This document shows positions 43,250-53,250 of a DNA stretch of 55,914 nt, in pieces (position 1 is the stretch's first letter; each line of letters opens with the position of its first letter). The translations under genes were made by a program, and so were the position numbers. The stretch comes from a virus (Duplodnaviria > Caudoviricetes): IMG/VR virus record IMGVR_UViG_3300046010_005980, positions 1-55,914 of that record; one strand, 5' to 3'. A model generated the notes under the pieces. The model was not told where the DNA came from, searched no databases, and was given only the letters and a program-made list of their open reading frames with translations.

Positions 43250-45112
43250 ATGCCCCTTACCAAGCTCGTATTCCGCCCCGGCATCAACCGCGAGACCACC
43301 GCCTACGGCAACGAGGGTGGGTGGTGGGACTGCAATCTCGTGCGTTTCCGAGCGGGGAAGCCCGAGAGCATTGGTGGGTGGCAGCGGTACACTCGGACCG
43401 CGCTCCTTGGTACTGGGCGGTCTCTTCTGCCGTGGATCGCTCTTGACGGGACGAACCTTGTCGGGTGCGGCACAAACCTGAAGTACTACATCCTTCAAGG
43501 TGGTAGTCCTTTTGACGTCACCCCCATCCGAGCAACAACGACAGCCGGTGCCGTTACATTCGCAGCCACCACGGGCTCGTCTACTTTGGTCGTGACTGAC
43601 ACAGCACACGGTGCGGTGGCCAATGACTTCGTGACCTTCTCGGGCGCGGCCAGCCTTGGCGGCAACGTCACCGCAACCGTGCTCAACAAAGAGTACCAGA
43701 TCACAAGCGTCATAAACGCCAACAGCTATACGATCACGCTCAGCGTCACGGCCAACGCCTCCGACATAGGGGACGGAGGTGCGGCAGTGGTTGGCGCATA
43801 CCAGATCAACACCGGTCTCAACACGGGTGTTGTCGGTACGGGCTGGGGTGCGGGTACATGGTCCCGCGGAACGTGGGGCTCAGGAACTCCAATCACTACC
43901 TCGTTCACGCAGCTTCGAATCTGGTCTCAGGACAACTTCGGCGAAGACCTCATCATGTCCGTGCAGGACGGCGGCCTTTACTACTGGAACAAGTCCAGCG
44001 GCATCACGTCTCGGGCGGTTGCCTTGGCCGACCTCGCTGGCGCACAGGCCGCGCCGACAGTGGCAAAGAGTGTTGTCGTTTCGGAGCGGGATCGCCACAT
44101 CATAGCCTTTGGTTGTGATCCGGAAAGCACTCCCGGGGTCCAAGACCCTCTGACCATCCGCTTCTCCGATCAGGAGAGCGCTACAGAATGGCGAACCATG
44201 GCGACGACGACTGCGGGGGAGCTTCGACTCGGCACAGGCTCAACCATCGTCGGGGCCATCCAGACGAAGCAGCAGGTTGTCGTATTTACTGATGCGTCAG
44301 TCCACGCGATGCAATTTATTGGGCCTCCGTTCACATTCGGGATTCAGGAGGTTTCGTCGGCCACGTCCATCGTCAGTCCAAACTCGATGGTGGCTGTCGG
44401 AGACCTTGTGTTCTGGATGGGTCGTGGGGAGTTCTACCTCTATGACGGCGCTGTGACCCAAATCCCATGCGACGTGAAAGAGTATGTCTTTTCAGGCATG
44501 AACATTGACCAGCAGCTCAAGGTATACGCTGGTCACGCCAGTGCCTTCTCGGAGGTCTGGTGGCTCTACCCGAGCAGCAACAGCCAAGAGAACGACAGCT
44601 ACGTCGTCTACAACTACGAGCAGCGTGTGTGGTACTACGGCCGCATGCCTCGTACTGCATGGGCCGACAGGAACGTTTTTCCGTTCCCGCTGGCCGTGTC
44701 CCCAGACGGTTACGTCTACTATCAAGAGAGCGGACTGAACGACGGCAGCGTCAGCCCGGCGGTGCCGCTGGACGCGTACATCGAGTCGAGCGTCGTGGAC
44801 ATTGGCGACGGCGACCAGTTCATGTTTGCCACGCGGATTATCCCTGACCTGACCTTCCGCAATTCGACCAACGCGTCGCCGACAGCTACACTCACGATCA
44901 AGGCTCGGAACTTCCCGGGCGGGGCGTACTTTGCCTCGGACGACGAGGCCGTAACGAAGACGGCCTCCCATCCGGTAGAGCAGTTTACAAACCAGTTGTT
45001 CACGCGCCTTCGTGGCAGGTCTATGTCCTTGCGGATAGAGTCGAATCAGCTGAACACTGCGTGGCGGCTGGGCGACCCGAGGCTCGATGTCCGAACTGAC
45101 GGGCGGAGGTAG
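43250..45112 (+). CDS. Tail stabilisation/nozzle-like protein
   Basis: 620-aa beta-rich protein (PGINRE, WS.DNFGEDL, IRFSDQE, EVWW.YPS) preceding the internal proteins; P22 gp10/T7 gp12-like position. Confidence 0.7.
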   Translation: MPLTKLVFRPGINRETTAYGNEGGWWDCNLVRFRAGKPESIGGWQRYTRTALLGTGRSLLPWIALDGTNLVGCGTNLKYYILQGGSPFDVTPIRATTTAGAVTFAATTGSSTLVVTDTAHGAVANDFVTFSGAASLGGNVTATVLNKEYQITSVINANSYTITLSVTANASDIGDGGAAVVGAYQINTGLNTGVVGTGWGAGTWSRGTWGSGTPITTSFTQLRIWSQDNFGEDLIMSVQDGGLYYWNKSSGITSRAVALADLAGAQAAPTVAKSVVVSERDRHIIAFGCDPESTPGVQDPLTIRFSDQESATEWRTMATTTAGELRLGTGSTIVGAIQTKQQVVVFTDASVHAMQFIGPPFTFGIQEVSSATSIVSPNSMVAVGDLVFWMGRGEFYLYDGAVTQIPCDVKEYVFSGMNIDQQLKVYAGHASAFSEVWWLYPSSNSQENDSYVVYNYEQRVWYYGRMPRTAWADRNVFPFPLAVSPDGYVYYQESGLNDGSVSPAVPLDAYIESSVVDIGDGDQFMFATRIIPDLTFRNSTNASPTATLTIKARNFPGGAYFASDDEAVTKTASHPVEQFTNQLFTRLRGRSMSLRIESNQLNTAWRLGDPRLDVRTDGRR

Positions 45113-45114
45113 CC

Positions 45115-45411
45115 GTGCCCTCATCCGCACCAGCCCCATTTTTCCCGACTCCTCCGGAAGAATATAATCGTCAATACATGGCGCAGGTCATCCGCGCCTT
45201 TGCCGTTTTTGTCCAGCAGGTCAACAACCCCGGTGACGCGATCTTCACGACGCTGCGCCTGACGAATCTTCCGACCAACGATCAGGGCCTGCCGACTGGA
45301 GCCTTGTTCCAGCACGACGGTTTTGTTAAGATCACGCAAGAAAACACGCCGCACGTGGCAGGGGTATCTGGAACCTCGGTCCTCGGCACAGTCACGGTGG
45401 TAATCACATGA
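45115..45411 (+). CDS. Small virion-associated protein
   Basis: P.PP.EY...LPT...GL..G.L pattern; operon packing. Confidence 0.6.
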   Translation: MPSSAPAPFFPTPPEEYNRQYMAQVIRAFAVFVQQVNNPGDAIFTTLRLTNLPTNDQGLPTGALFQHDGFVKITQENTPHVAGVSGTSVLGTVTVVIT

Positions 45412-46151
45412 GCCTTCTCTCTACAATCGGAAGTCTTGTTGGCCTTGTGGCTGGCGGCCCGGCAGGCGCAGCGCTCGGCGGTGGTCTCGGCACACTGTTC
45501 GGCGGTGGCAGCATCTCGGACGCCTTCAAGACGGGCATCGGATCGCTCGTCACGGGCGGTCTCGGCGGGAAGGCTGGCATCGTGGCCGACCTTCTTGGCG
45601 GAGGTGGCTCCTCGCAGGCGGCTGGTTCTGCTGTGTTCGACGCCTTCAGCGGTGGCGGGAAAGGTGGCGGGAACCTTCTGGGCGGCCTGCTGCCGGGCCT
45701 CGGTGGGACGCCCTCGGCCGCAGCTGCGGCCACCGGGGCCAAGAAGTCTCAGGGCCTTGGCGGCCTGCTTCAGGCCTTTGACAATCCTCTGATGCTTGCC
45801 GCGATCCTGAAGGCGACCGAGCCCAAGAACGTGACCATCACAACCCCCGAGCAGCAGCGCCAACTTGAGACGGGTGAACGTCTTCCAGACTACCGTGGGA
45901 CCCCGACCTTTGACTACCGCTACGGCTCCAACTACGCCAAGGGCGGCATGGTCCAAGGTCCGGGAACCGGGACCAGCGACTCGATCCCCTCCCGCATCTA
46001 CCAGAACGGCAAGCCTGTCCAAGAAGCTCGGCTCTCGGACGGGGAGTTTGTCATGACGAACCGCGCGGTTCGTGGTGCAGGCAATGGCGACCGCGCCAAG
46101 GGCGCAGCGGAAATGTACCGCATGATGCAGCGCTTTGAGCGGAGGGCATAA
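45408..46151 (+). CDS. Putative internal virion/ejection protein (Gly-rich)
   Basis: Hydrophobic Gly-rich N-terminus; YAKGGMV.GPGTGTSDSIP...LSDGEFV...AV. Confidence 0.7.
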   Translation: MSLLSTIGSLVGLVAGGPAGAALGGGLGTLFGGGSISDAFKTGIGSLVTGGLGGKAGIVADLLGGGGSSQAAGSAVFDAFSGGGKGGGNLLGGLLPGLGGTPSAAAAATGAKKSQGLGGLLQAFDNPLMLAAILKATEPKNVTITTPEQQRQLETGERLPDYRGTPTFDYRYGSNYAKGGMVQGPGTGTSDSIPSRIYQNGKPVQEARLSDGEFVMTNRAVRGAGNGDRAKGAAEMYRMMQRFERRA

Positions 46152-47227
46152 TGGCCGATCAAACAGTCCGCCAAGAGACTATCTCTCTTCTTCCTGAGTA
46201 TCAGGAACGGTTTCTAAAAGACCTTCTTGCCAACATCTACAACGTGGACCCAGCAACCGGGCAGCCGTCAGGCATCGCCGCGGTCTCGCCTCTTTACGGC
46301 AGGCCCGTTACGGACGCGCAGGGGAACCCGCTCTACGAGCTCAACGCCGACGGCAGCCCACGCCTCGACATTCGCGGCCAGCCGATCCAGAAGGTCGAGG
46401 GCGGCGTTCCTCGGCCCGAGATCATGCCGTTCACGCCGTCTCAGGAACGCGCGGCAAGGATGGCCACTGAGGGTATCGGTGCCTACGCCCCATACCTGCA
46501 GGCAGGGACGCAGACTATGGGGCAGGGCGTTGCCGCACTGGGCGGGACAACGGGGGCCTACGACCCGCAGTCCTACAGGTCCTTCTACGACCCCTTCGTC
46601 GAGCAGGTTATCGGCTCAGCCGAGCGGGACATTGCACGTCAGGGCGACATCGAGCGCGACCGCATCGGGGCGCAGGCAGTACAGTCCGGAGCCTTTGGTG
46701 GCTCCCGTCAGGCTGTCGCCGAGCAGGAGCTGCAGCGCAACACGGCCGACCAGATGGCCCGCACCGGTGCGCAACTGCGCTCGGCCGCCTACACGGGCGC
46801 GCAGCAGCAGGCTCAGAGCGTGTTCGAGAACCAGATGCAGCGTGGTCAAAACGCCGCCTCGATCTTCCAAGGTCTGGGCACGGCTCAGGCTGCTCTGGGC
46901 GAAGCCGCTCAGGGCCTCGGTCAGCGGGACGTCAACGCCCTGTTCAACATGGGCGCGCTCGAGCAGGGGCAGCGCCAGTCGGAGTACGACGTGCAGCGGG
47001 CCGGGGCTATCGAGTCGGCCTACGAACCGTTCCAGCGCTTCTCCTTCATGTCCGACATTTTCCGCGGAGTCCCGTCGTCGGCGTCAACTCTGGCCGTCAC
47101 CAGCGCCCCGACCCCCAGCCCGGTGTCCTCGATCCTCGGGACAGGGATGGCGCTCGGTGCATACGGAAACAAGTACGGCGGCGGCCAAGGCATTCTTGGC
47201 AGCCTCATGAACCCAAGCGGAGCCTAA
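46151..47227 (+). CDS. Putative DNA ejection/pilot protein
   Basis: Q/A-rich; F.DPF..QVI and GAFGGSR motifs. Confidence 0.7.
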   Translation: MADQTVRQETISLLPEYQERFLKDLLANIYNVDPATGQPSGIAAVSPLYGRPVTDAQGNPLYELNADGSPRLDIRGQPIQKVEGGVPRPEIMPFTPSQERAARMATEGIGAYAPYLQAGTQTMGQGVAALGGTTGAYDPQSYRSFYDPFVEQVIGSAERDIARQGDIERDRIGAQAVQSGAFGGSRQAVAEQELQRNTADQMARTGAQLRSAAYTGAQQQAQSVFENQMQRGQNAASIFQGLGTAQAALGEAAQGLGQRDVNALFNMGALEQGQRQSEYDVQRAGAIESAYEPFQRFSFMSDIFRGVPSSASTLAVTSAPTPSPVSSILGTGMALGAYGNKYGGGQGILGSLMNPSGA

Positions 47228-47228
47228 T

Positions 47229-48635
47229 ATGTCCGGTGTCTACAACCGCAAGCTCTTCCGTCAAAGCGGCGCTCGGGACGAGCTCCGCAAGATGGGCGGC
47301 ATCATGTCCAGCTCCGAGGAGCTGATGCGCGAGGCCCTGATGACGGCGATGCAGGCTCCGCGGCCCGCGGACCTTGGGCCTATGTCCATGCCGCAGCAGC
47401 CTATGGGGATGCCTGCCCCTCCTGTTATGCAGCCGCAGCAGCCTATGATGCAGCCGCAGCGACCCATGGACATGGGGATGGGCATGCAGCAGCCGATGCC
47501 GCAGCAACCCATGGACATGGGGATGCAGCAACCCATGGACGACGGGATGGGGATGATGCAGCCGCAGTCGATGATGCCGCAGCAGCCGATCCAGCCCGCG
47601 ATTGCAGAGCCCGCCTACATGCCGCCGCAGATGCCGCAGTCGCTGCAGATGCAGCCTGCGCAGCCCCCGGGGTTTTTCCTCGGCGGCCTGATCAACCTCG
47701 CCCCGACGATGGGTTCCGCAGAGGCCTCTGAAGACCCGGCCGCTCCTCCCGCTCCGGCAGCCCGGCCGAACCCTGCTCGTGCCATAGGCATCGGGCCTTC
47801 GACCGTCCGGTCGGCTGAGCCTGTCGATATCGGGGCGACCGCTGGTACTGTCGTTGTGCCGCCAAAGGTGAATGCAATTGGCGTGGACGCGTTTGTGGAA
47901 CGGATTGGAGCGAAACTCGACACGGCTCCGCCGGAAGAGGTTGCCGACGAGATCGTGAAAACAGCGGTCGAAGAACCCACGGGTGACCTGCGGTTCGACC
48001 TTGCCAAGACCCTAGAAGAAATGACTGGCGATTCGTCGGCCTACGAAAAGAACATTGACCAGCTCAACCGCGGCATCATCGGTGCGGCGATTGCGGCCGG
48101 GACCTCCGCACGTGCCACAGAGAACATTGCCAAGGGGTTGCTTGTCGGCATGGAGGGCGCGCGAGCGACCGAAGAGCGCCGGGCTGGCGATGCTCGGGCC
48201 TTGCAGCTCAAGGCTCTGGAGGTCCGTGCTGCGGAGCAGGCGGCCAGAGAAGCAGGGGCTAAAGCTGAGACGGAGGCCGAAGGCAAGCTCATCAAGGACA
48301 TGCGCGACACGTTCGACACCATGTACACCACTGTGTTTGATGCCGGGGTGTTTGCCGTTCCGGAAGGCGGTGGGGAGCTGAACGATTACGCTACGCAGGT
48401 TGCTCGGGACAAGGTTGTAGAGCTCTACGGGGCCGAGAACGCCGCTAAGCTGTTCGGGTCTGCTTCGTCGTCTGAGGAACCACCGCCTGCGGCAGCCCAA
48501 AGAACTGGCACTCCGCCAACCCTTGAGCAGTACACGGCCATGGTTAAAGCTAAAAATCCAAACGTCGCAATGACTGGCGAAGAGTTTGAAGCGCGGTACA
48601 ATTCTTGGGTGGCCCAGAACTATGCGGGGAGCTAA
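47229..48635 (+). CDS. Putative internal virion protein with Q/M/P-rich N-terminus
   Basis: NRKLF...GGIM N-terminus; MQQP repeats. Confidence 0.65.
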   Translation: MSGVYNRKLFRQSGARDELRKMGGIMSSSEELMREALMTAMQAPRPADLGPMSMPQQPMGMPAPPVMQPQQPMMQPQRPMDMGMGMQQPMPQQPMDMGMQQPMDDGMGMMQPQSMMPQQPIQPAIAEPAYMPPQMPQSLQMQPAQPPGFFLGGLINLAPTMGSAEASEDPAAPPAPAARPNPARAIGIGPSTVRSAEPVDIGATAGTVVVPPKVNAIGVDAFVERIGAKLDTAPPEEVADEIVKTAVEEPTGDLRFDLAKTLEEMTGDSSAYEKNIDQLNRGIIGAAIAAGTSARATENIAKGLLVGMEGARATEERRAGDARALQLKALEVRAAEQAAREAGAKAETEAEGKLIKDMRDTFDTMYTTVFDAGVFAVPEGGGELNDYATQVARDKVVELYGAENAAKLFGSASSSEEPPPAAAQRTGTPPTLEQYTAMVKAKNPNVAMTGEEFEARYNSWVAQNYAGS

Positions 48636-48637
48636 CA

Positions 48638-51600
48638 GTGGTAGACCTCATCGAGCCCACTCCGGGCGACTTCCTCGAGCCCACCACGGCGGACTTCATT
48701 GATCCCACTCCGGCGGACTTCATTGATCCCACTCCGGCTGATTTTGCTCAGGGGTCCGAGGAAGACCAGTCCTTTTTGGCAAGCGCGGTAGACACCGGAA
48801 TCACCGCCGGGCAGGAGTTTGGCCGAGCGGTGCCTTCGGCCGCGCTGTCTCTTCTTCAGGGGGTTTCTGAACTTGGGTCCTCCGGCCTTGATTTGGTGTT
48901 TGGAACCAGCACTTCCCGCTCCGTCACTGACGGCTTTGAATACCTGAAGTCCTACGTAAAACCTCAAACCGTGGGAGGGCAGATCGCGGAGGACGTCATC
49001 TCGTACGGCCTCGGTTTCGTCCCGGTCGTGGGGTGGCTTGGCAGAGCTTCCGCCGCAGCGAAGGCGGTCAACGCAGGGAAGACCCTCCTCCCAGCCACTA
49101 GCCGCTATCTCAGAACGGCAGATAACTTCGGGGCCTCGTCTATTGGAAGGGCGGCCCTCGGAACCAAGAAGGGACTCATTGGAACCACCGCGGCTGCCGC
49201 GGCTGGGTTTGAGACCATCTTCACCCCGGATGGTCGCGCGACACTGTCAGACACGTTCAGCCTCGGCGGGCCGCTTGAGACAGAGGAAGACACCGGGCTG
49301 TCTGGACGAGAAGAGGCGCTGCGGAGAATCAGAAACAAGCTGCGTTCCGGGATTGAGGGCGGTCTTGTCACAGGTGCTTTTGACACCGCGCTCGTCGGGG
49401 TTGGAAAAGGCGTTGGCTACGTGGGAAGCACGGACGCGGCGTCTGCTGCTGCGCGCGGCATCCGGTCTGGTTTTCAGGCAGCCAAAGAAGGGTTGAGCAA
49501 AATTCCCGGGGCAGAAGCCGTTGGGCGAACGGCCGAGAGCTACTTCACTGCCGCGAGGGGAGCTGACCCGCGTGTCTTTGAAGAGGTCATGGACGTAACT
49601 GCGCGCGAGGATGCCATCAACTCGGCCGCCATCTCCGCATTCGACGAGTTCACCGCCACGGTCAAGGCCGAGGTTGGTGGCCCCATCGCCCGCGCCGTCA
49701 AAGGTCGTCGAGCCGTGAAGCAGGCAGATAAGGACATTATCCGATACCTGACGGGCTTTGGTCCGGACCTCTCGTCCTACGGCCCCAAAGTAAACGCCGC
49801 CGCAGAACGCGTCAAAGATGCAGCCCTGCGTGAAACGGACCGCCTGTTTACCACACTCGAGCGCGAGGTTGACCTTGCTCCCCCGGGCGCGCGTCGGCAG
49901 GTTTTGGAAGCCGCCATGAAGACCATGGCCGAGCATGCCGACAAGCAGAAGGGCGTTTTGCGGCGCGCCTTTAAGGTTTATGAAGACCCCATCACCTACT
50001 ACAAGGGCTTGGACCTCAAGGGCAAGGACGCCGCCCTATACAAAAACGCTGTTGATGAGGTTGCCAAAAACCTAGACCAGAGCAACGCCTCGGCACCGCA
50101 GGTTCAAGCTCTCGCTCGGTACAAGGTCAACGAAGCGATTGGCCTCGGTCAGATCAACACAGGCATGGACCCGAGCGCCGCGATTAAGGAGAAACTTTCG
50201 AGCCTCAAGTCCGAAACCGTCAACCCCAAGGGCGGTTTGTTTGCCATGGAGATGCCGCGTTTTAAGATGACCCGGTCTCTTTTGACGCCTCGGGAACCTA
50301 TGATCGATAAGTCCCCGGTTCTTCGTCAGCTTCTTGGCGAGATCGATGACCCGCGTGAGTTGTTCATTAAGACCATCGGGGACCTGTCCAAGACGGCAGA
50401 GGCTCTTCGCTTCTACCAGAACATGGCCACTTCTGGAATGACCGCAACCCTTGCGGACGCCATCCCTGTGCTCCGCGAGGGCGGGAAGCCGCTCTTCGTC
50501 AAGGTTCCTGAGCCGGGGCAAGACCTGACGGGTTTTGATATGTCCCCCTTTATCCAAGAGGCTCAGCGCCTGAGCGCTGCAACAACGCTCCCCGACCCGA
50601 CCTCAGGGGTCTCCCCGCAGTTTTCCGGAGCGGTCAAACCGGAAAAGGTGATACAGACGTACACGAACGAGCTCAAGCAGAGCGGCTATGTCAGGCTCGG
50701 CGAAGCAGACCCTATGCTCAAAGAGGTTATAGACACCGAGCTCCCTAAAATCGATCCGTTTGGCGGTCAGTACGGGCAGCTCTCTGGGCTGTACGTTTCA
50801 CCGGAAACGTACCGGGTTCTCTCCGCTCCTGCCCGTATCGGCATTACGGGTCTGGACGAGTTTGTTTCCATCTTGGCCCAGATGAAGGGCCTATCGCAGA
50901 AGATGACCGTTGTTCCAAACATCGCAAGTCAGATGCGCTCGGGCATCGGTAACGCCCTCGCCCTTGTCGGGACCGCGAACCTTGGACGTTCCACCGACGT
51001 CTTTGACGTGTATCAGGTCTTTACCGCCAACCTTAAAGATTTGGACGACGCTGGCCTTGAGCGCATGGCAAGGGTCATCGCCCTAAGCGGGACCTCTGAG
51101 ACGAACCTCGTTATCAAGGCACTGCAAGAATACAAGGACGCCGGGGCGGACCTTCGGTTCTCCGGTAAACTTCGCAACATAATCGACAAGGGGGAAAGCC
51201 TTGTCCCCTTCCTGAAGTTCTTTGAAAAGACGTTCTCTGGCGTCGACTCTTTCTTCAAGGGTGTGGGAGTTATCTCCGAGCAGAACAAGCTTCTGGAAGC
51301 ATTCGCAAAGGCCGGGTTGGATCAGCCCATTCCAGACCTGCTTGAAGACTTGGTCGCACAGGGGGTTGGCAAGCGCACGTCTAGCCTTACAAACCCCGGA
51401 TTGTCCGGCATCGAGATCATGGCGGCCGACGCGGTCAAGGACATGTTCCCAATTCAAAACCGGGTTGGCCTGTTTGTTCGCGAGCTCGACAAGCTTCCTG
51501 TGATTGGTGCGTTCACGTCCTTCGCCTCCGAGAACATTCGGAACTCCGTCAACATCCTCGACAGGGCCCTAAAGGAGATGTCCTATAAAGTCTCCGACGT

Positions 51601-53044
51601 TCCTCGCGGACGTCTTGGTGAAGAGCAGGCTAAGGCGTTCGAGCGCGCCATTAGAGAGCACGGCGCGCAACGCCTCATGGCCTATGCCGCTGTCGCTGCC
51701 ATCATCCCGAAGTCCGTGGTCGGTGGCTCCATGATGGCAACCAACACATCACAGGAGCAGCTTGACGCGCTGCATGCCGAAACCAAAAAGCTTTTGCCGG
51801 GGCATGATCTTGCCATCATTGGCAATGACCAACAGGGGAAGATCGAGTACGTCGATCTCGGCTATGTCATGCCGTATGCGTTCGTGACCGACTCGGCTGT
51901 TGCGGGGTTGCGCGCCTACAATGAAGCCGGAAGTCTTGGGAAGAGCGAGGCAGCAGCCATTGCCGACTCCGTCTGGGCAAGTGTGATGGCATACTCTGAC
52001 CCCTTCGCGTCTGAAGCAATGTCCATCGAGCGTGTGCTAGACGTCATGCCTTTTGCCCGAGGGGGCAAAACAAAGAACGGGAGCATTGTGTATCGCCAGT
52101 CAGCTCCGCTTTTTGAGCAGGTCATGAACTCCATCAACCACGTTAGCGCACCATACATCCCGGGGTATATTCGTGACTTCGTAGAGGTTCGGGGTGGAGA
52201 GATTCGCCCGGGCCCGATCACGCGGTCTGTCATAGAAATGCCGACCGGGCAGGGGAAAGACTTGAACCTCTCCGCTGAGTTTGCAAAGCTCGTTACGGGC
52301 CTGAAACCTATGGAGTTGAACCTCCGTCGCGACTTCCAGTTCGCAGGCGGCGAGTATTCCCCGCGACGAACAGACGCAAAGTCCGCAGCCCTTGCCACAA
52401 TTCGCGCCGCGGACAGAACGCCAGAGGAAATGGTTCAGGGCTGGAACCAGTATCTTGACAATCTGTACCGCGAGCAGGGCGCGCTTTACGCCCGAATCCA
52501 GAACGCTCGGGCCTTGGGTCTTTCCGAGCAAAGCATCCGCAGGCAGCTTGCTAAGGAGGCCAACATCGGAACCAACGAGGTTGGGAGTATCATGCGCGGG
52601 GAGTTCTATCCGGGAAACATCACCGAAGAGCTGCTTAACGAAATCCGTATGGTGGAACGCGCGGAGAAGCTGAACCGAGTAACTCCATCGGCTCAAATCC
52701 CCTTTCGGGATTTCATCAAGGCGTCTCGTGCCCGGACCCGTGAAAAGTTGAGACCCCCGTCTCCGGAAGAGGGCGGCCAAGACTTCATTGAACCCAGCCC
52801 GTCCGACTTCATCGAGCCCAGCCCGTCCGACTTCATCACGCCGGGTGGCGCGGGTGGTGGGAGCCAGTCTACACAAGGGGCGGCACTGCCGCCCCCCGCC
52901 TTCGATTCAATGCCAGCACCGTCGGCACCACAGCTGCCGACAGCACCGGCGAATAGGGCCTCCTTGTCTCCGAGCCTTCTCGGAGGTGACCTCGCATCGC
53001 AGATGGCGAATATGGAAATTGCACGGCGTATCTCGGGTCAGTAG
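48638..53044 (+). CDS. Large internal virion protein
   Basis: About 1468 aa, last gene of the late operon; IGAF.SF.SE..RN motif; DF(I/L)(E/D)P(T/S)P repeats at both ends. Confidence 0.7.
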   Translation: MVDLIEPTPGDFLEPTTADFIDPTPADFIDPTPADFAQGSEEDQSFLASAVDTGITAGQEFGRAVPSAALSLLQGVSELGSSGLDLVFGTSTSRSVTDGFEYLKSYVKPQTVGGQIAEDVISYGLGFVPVVGWLGRASAAAKAVNAGKTLLPATSRYLRTADNFGASSIGRAALGTKKGLIGTTAAAAAGFETIFTPDGRATLSDTFSLGGPLETEEDTGLSGREEALRRIRNKLRSGIEGGLVTGAFDTALVGVGKGVGYVGSTDAASAAARGIRSGFQAAKEGLSKIPGAEAVGRTAESYFTAARGADPRVFEEVMDVTAREDAINSAAISAFDEFTATVKAEVGGPIARAVKGRRAVKQADKDIIRYLTGFGPDLSSYGPKVNAAAERVKDAALRETDRLFTTLEREVDLAPPGARRQVLEAAMKTMAEHADKQKGVLRRAFKVYEDPITYYKGLDLKGKDAALYKNAVDEVAKNLDQSNASAPQVQALARYKVNEAIGLGQINTGMDPSAAIKEKLSSLKSETVNPKGGLFAMEMPRFKMTRSLLTPREPMIDKSPVLRQLLGEIDDPRELFIKTIGDLSKTAEALRFYQNMATSGMTATLADAIPVLREGGKPLFVKVPEPGQDLTGFDMSPFIQEAQRLSAATTLPDPTSGVSPQFSGAVKPEKVIQTYTNELKQSGYVRLGEADPMLKEVIDTELPKIDPFGGQYGQLSGLYVSPETYRVLSAPARIGITGLDEFVSILAQMKGLSQKMTVVPNIASQMRSGIGNALALVGTANLGRSTDVFDVYQVFTANLKDLDDAGLERMARVIALSGTSETNLVIKALQEYKDAGADLRFSGKLRNIIDKGESLVPFLKFFEKTFSGVDSFFKGVGVISEQNKLLEAFAKAGLDQPIPDLLEDLVAQGVGKRTSSLTNPGLSGIEIMAADAVKDMFPIQNRVGLFVRELDKLPVIGAFTSFASENIRNSVNILDRALKEMSYKVSDVPRGRLGEEQAKAFERAIREHGAQRLMAYAAVAAIIPKSVVGGSMMATNTSQEQLDALHAETKKLLPGHDLAIIGNDQQGKIEYVDLGYVMPYAFVTDSAVAGLRAYNEAGSLGKSEAAAIADSVWASVMAYSDPFASEAMSIERVLDVMPFARGGKTKNGSIVYRQSAPLFEQVMNSINHVSAPYIPGYIRDFVEVRGGEIRPGPITRSVIEMPTGQGKDLNLSAEFAKLVTGLKPMELNLRRDFQFAGGEYSPRRTDAKSAALATIRAADRTPEEMVQGWNQYLDNLYREQGALYARIQNARALGLSEQSIRRQLAKEANIGTNEVGSIMRGEFYPGNITEELLNEIRMVERAEKLNRVTPSAQIPFRDFIKASRARTREKLRPPSPEEGGQDFIEPSPSDFIEPSPSDFITPGGAGGGSQSTQGAALPPPAFDSMPAPSAPQLPTAPANRASLSPSLLGGDLASQMANMEIARRISGQ

Positions 53045-53250
53045 TCAAACTTCGGGTTGACCTCCACGGTCAACCCGTGAGCCCCGAACAGCTGCACCAT
53101 CTCGTCGATGTCCCCGAAGACTTCTTCGAAAGCATCCGCGCTGTAGGCGTCGGCAAGGTTGAGGGCATGCGCCATCACCCTCGTCAGCGCCGCGATCTGC
53201 ATGGGGTCCATGTCCTTGAAACCAATGCACTTTATTTCCTGCTCGTTCAT
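53038..53250 (-). CDS. Hypothetical protein
   Basis: ATGA overlap with the polA stop; GAGG RBS. Confidence 0.6.
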   Translation of the reverse strand: MNEQEIKCIGFKDMDPMQIAALTRVMAHALNLADAYSADAFEEVFGDIDEMVQLFGAHGLTVEVNPKFDY

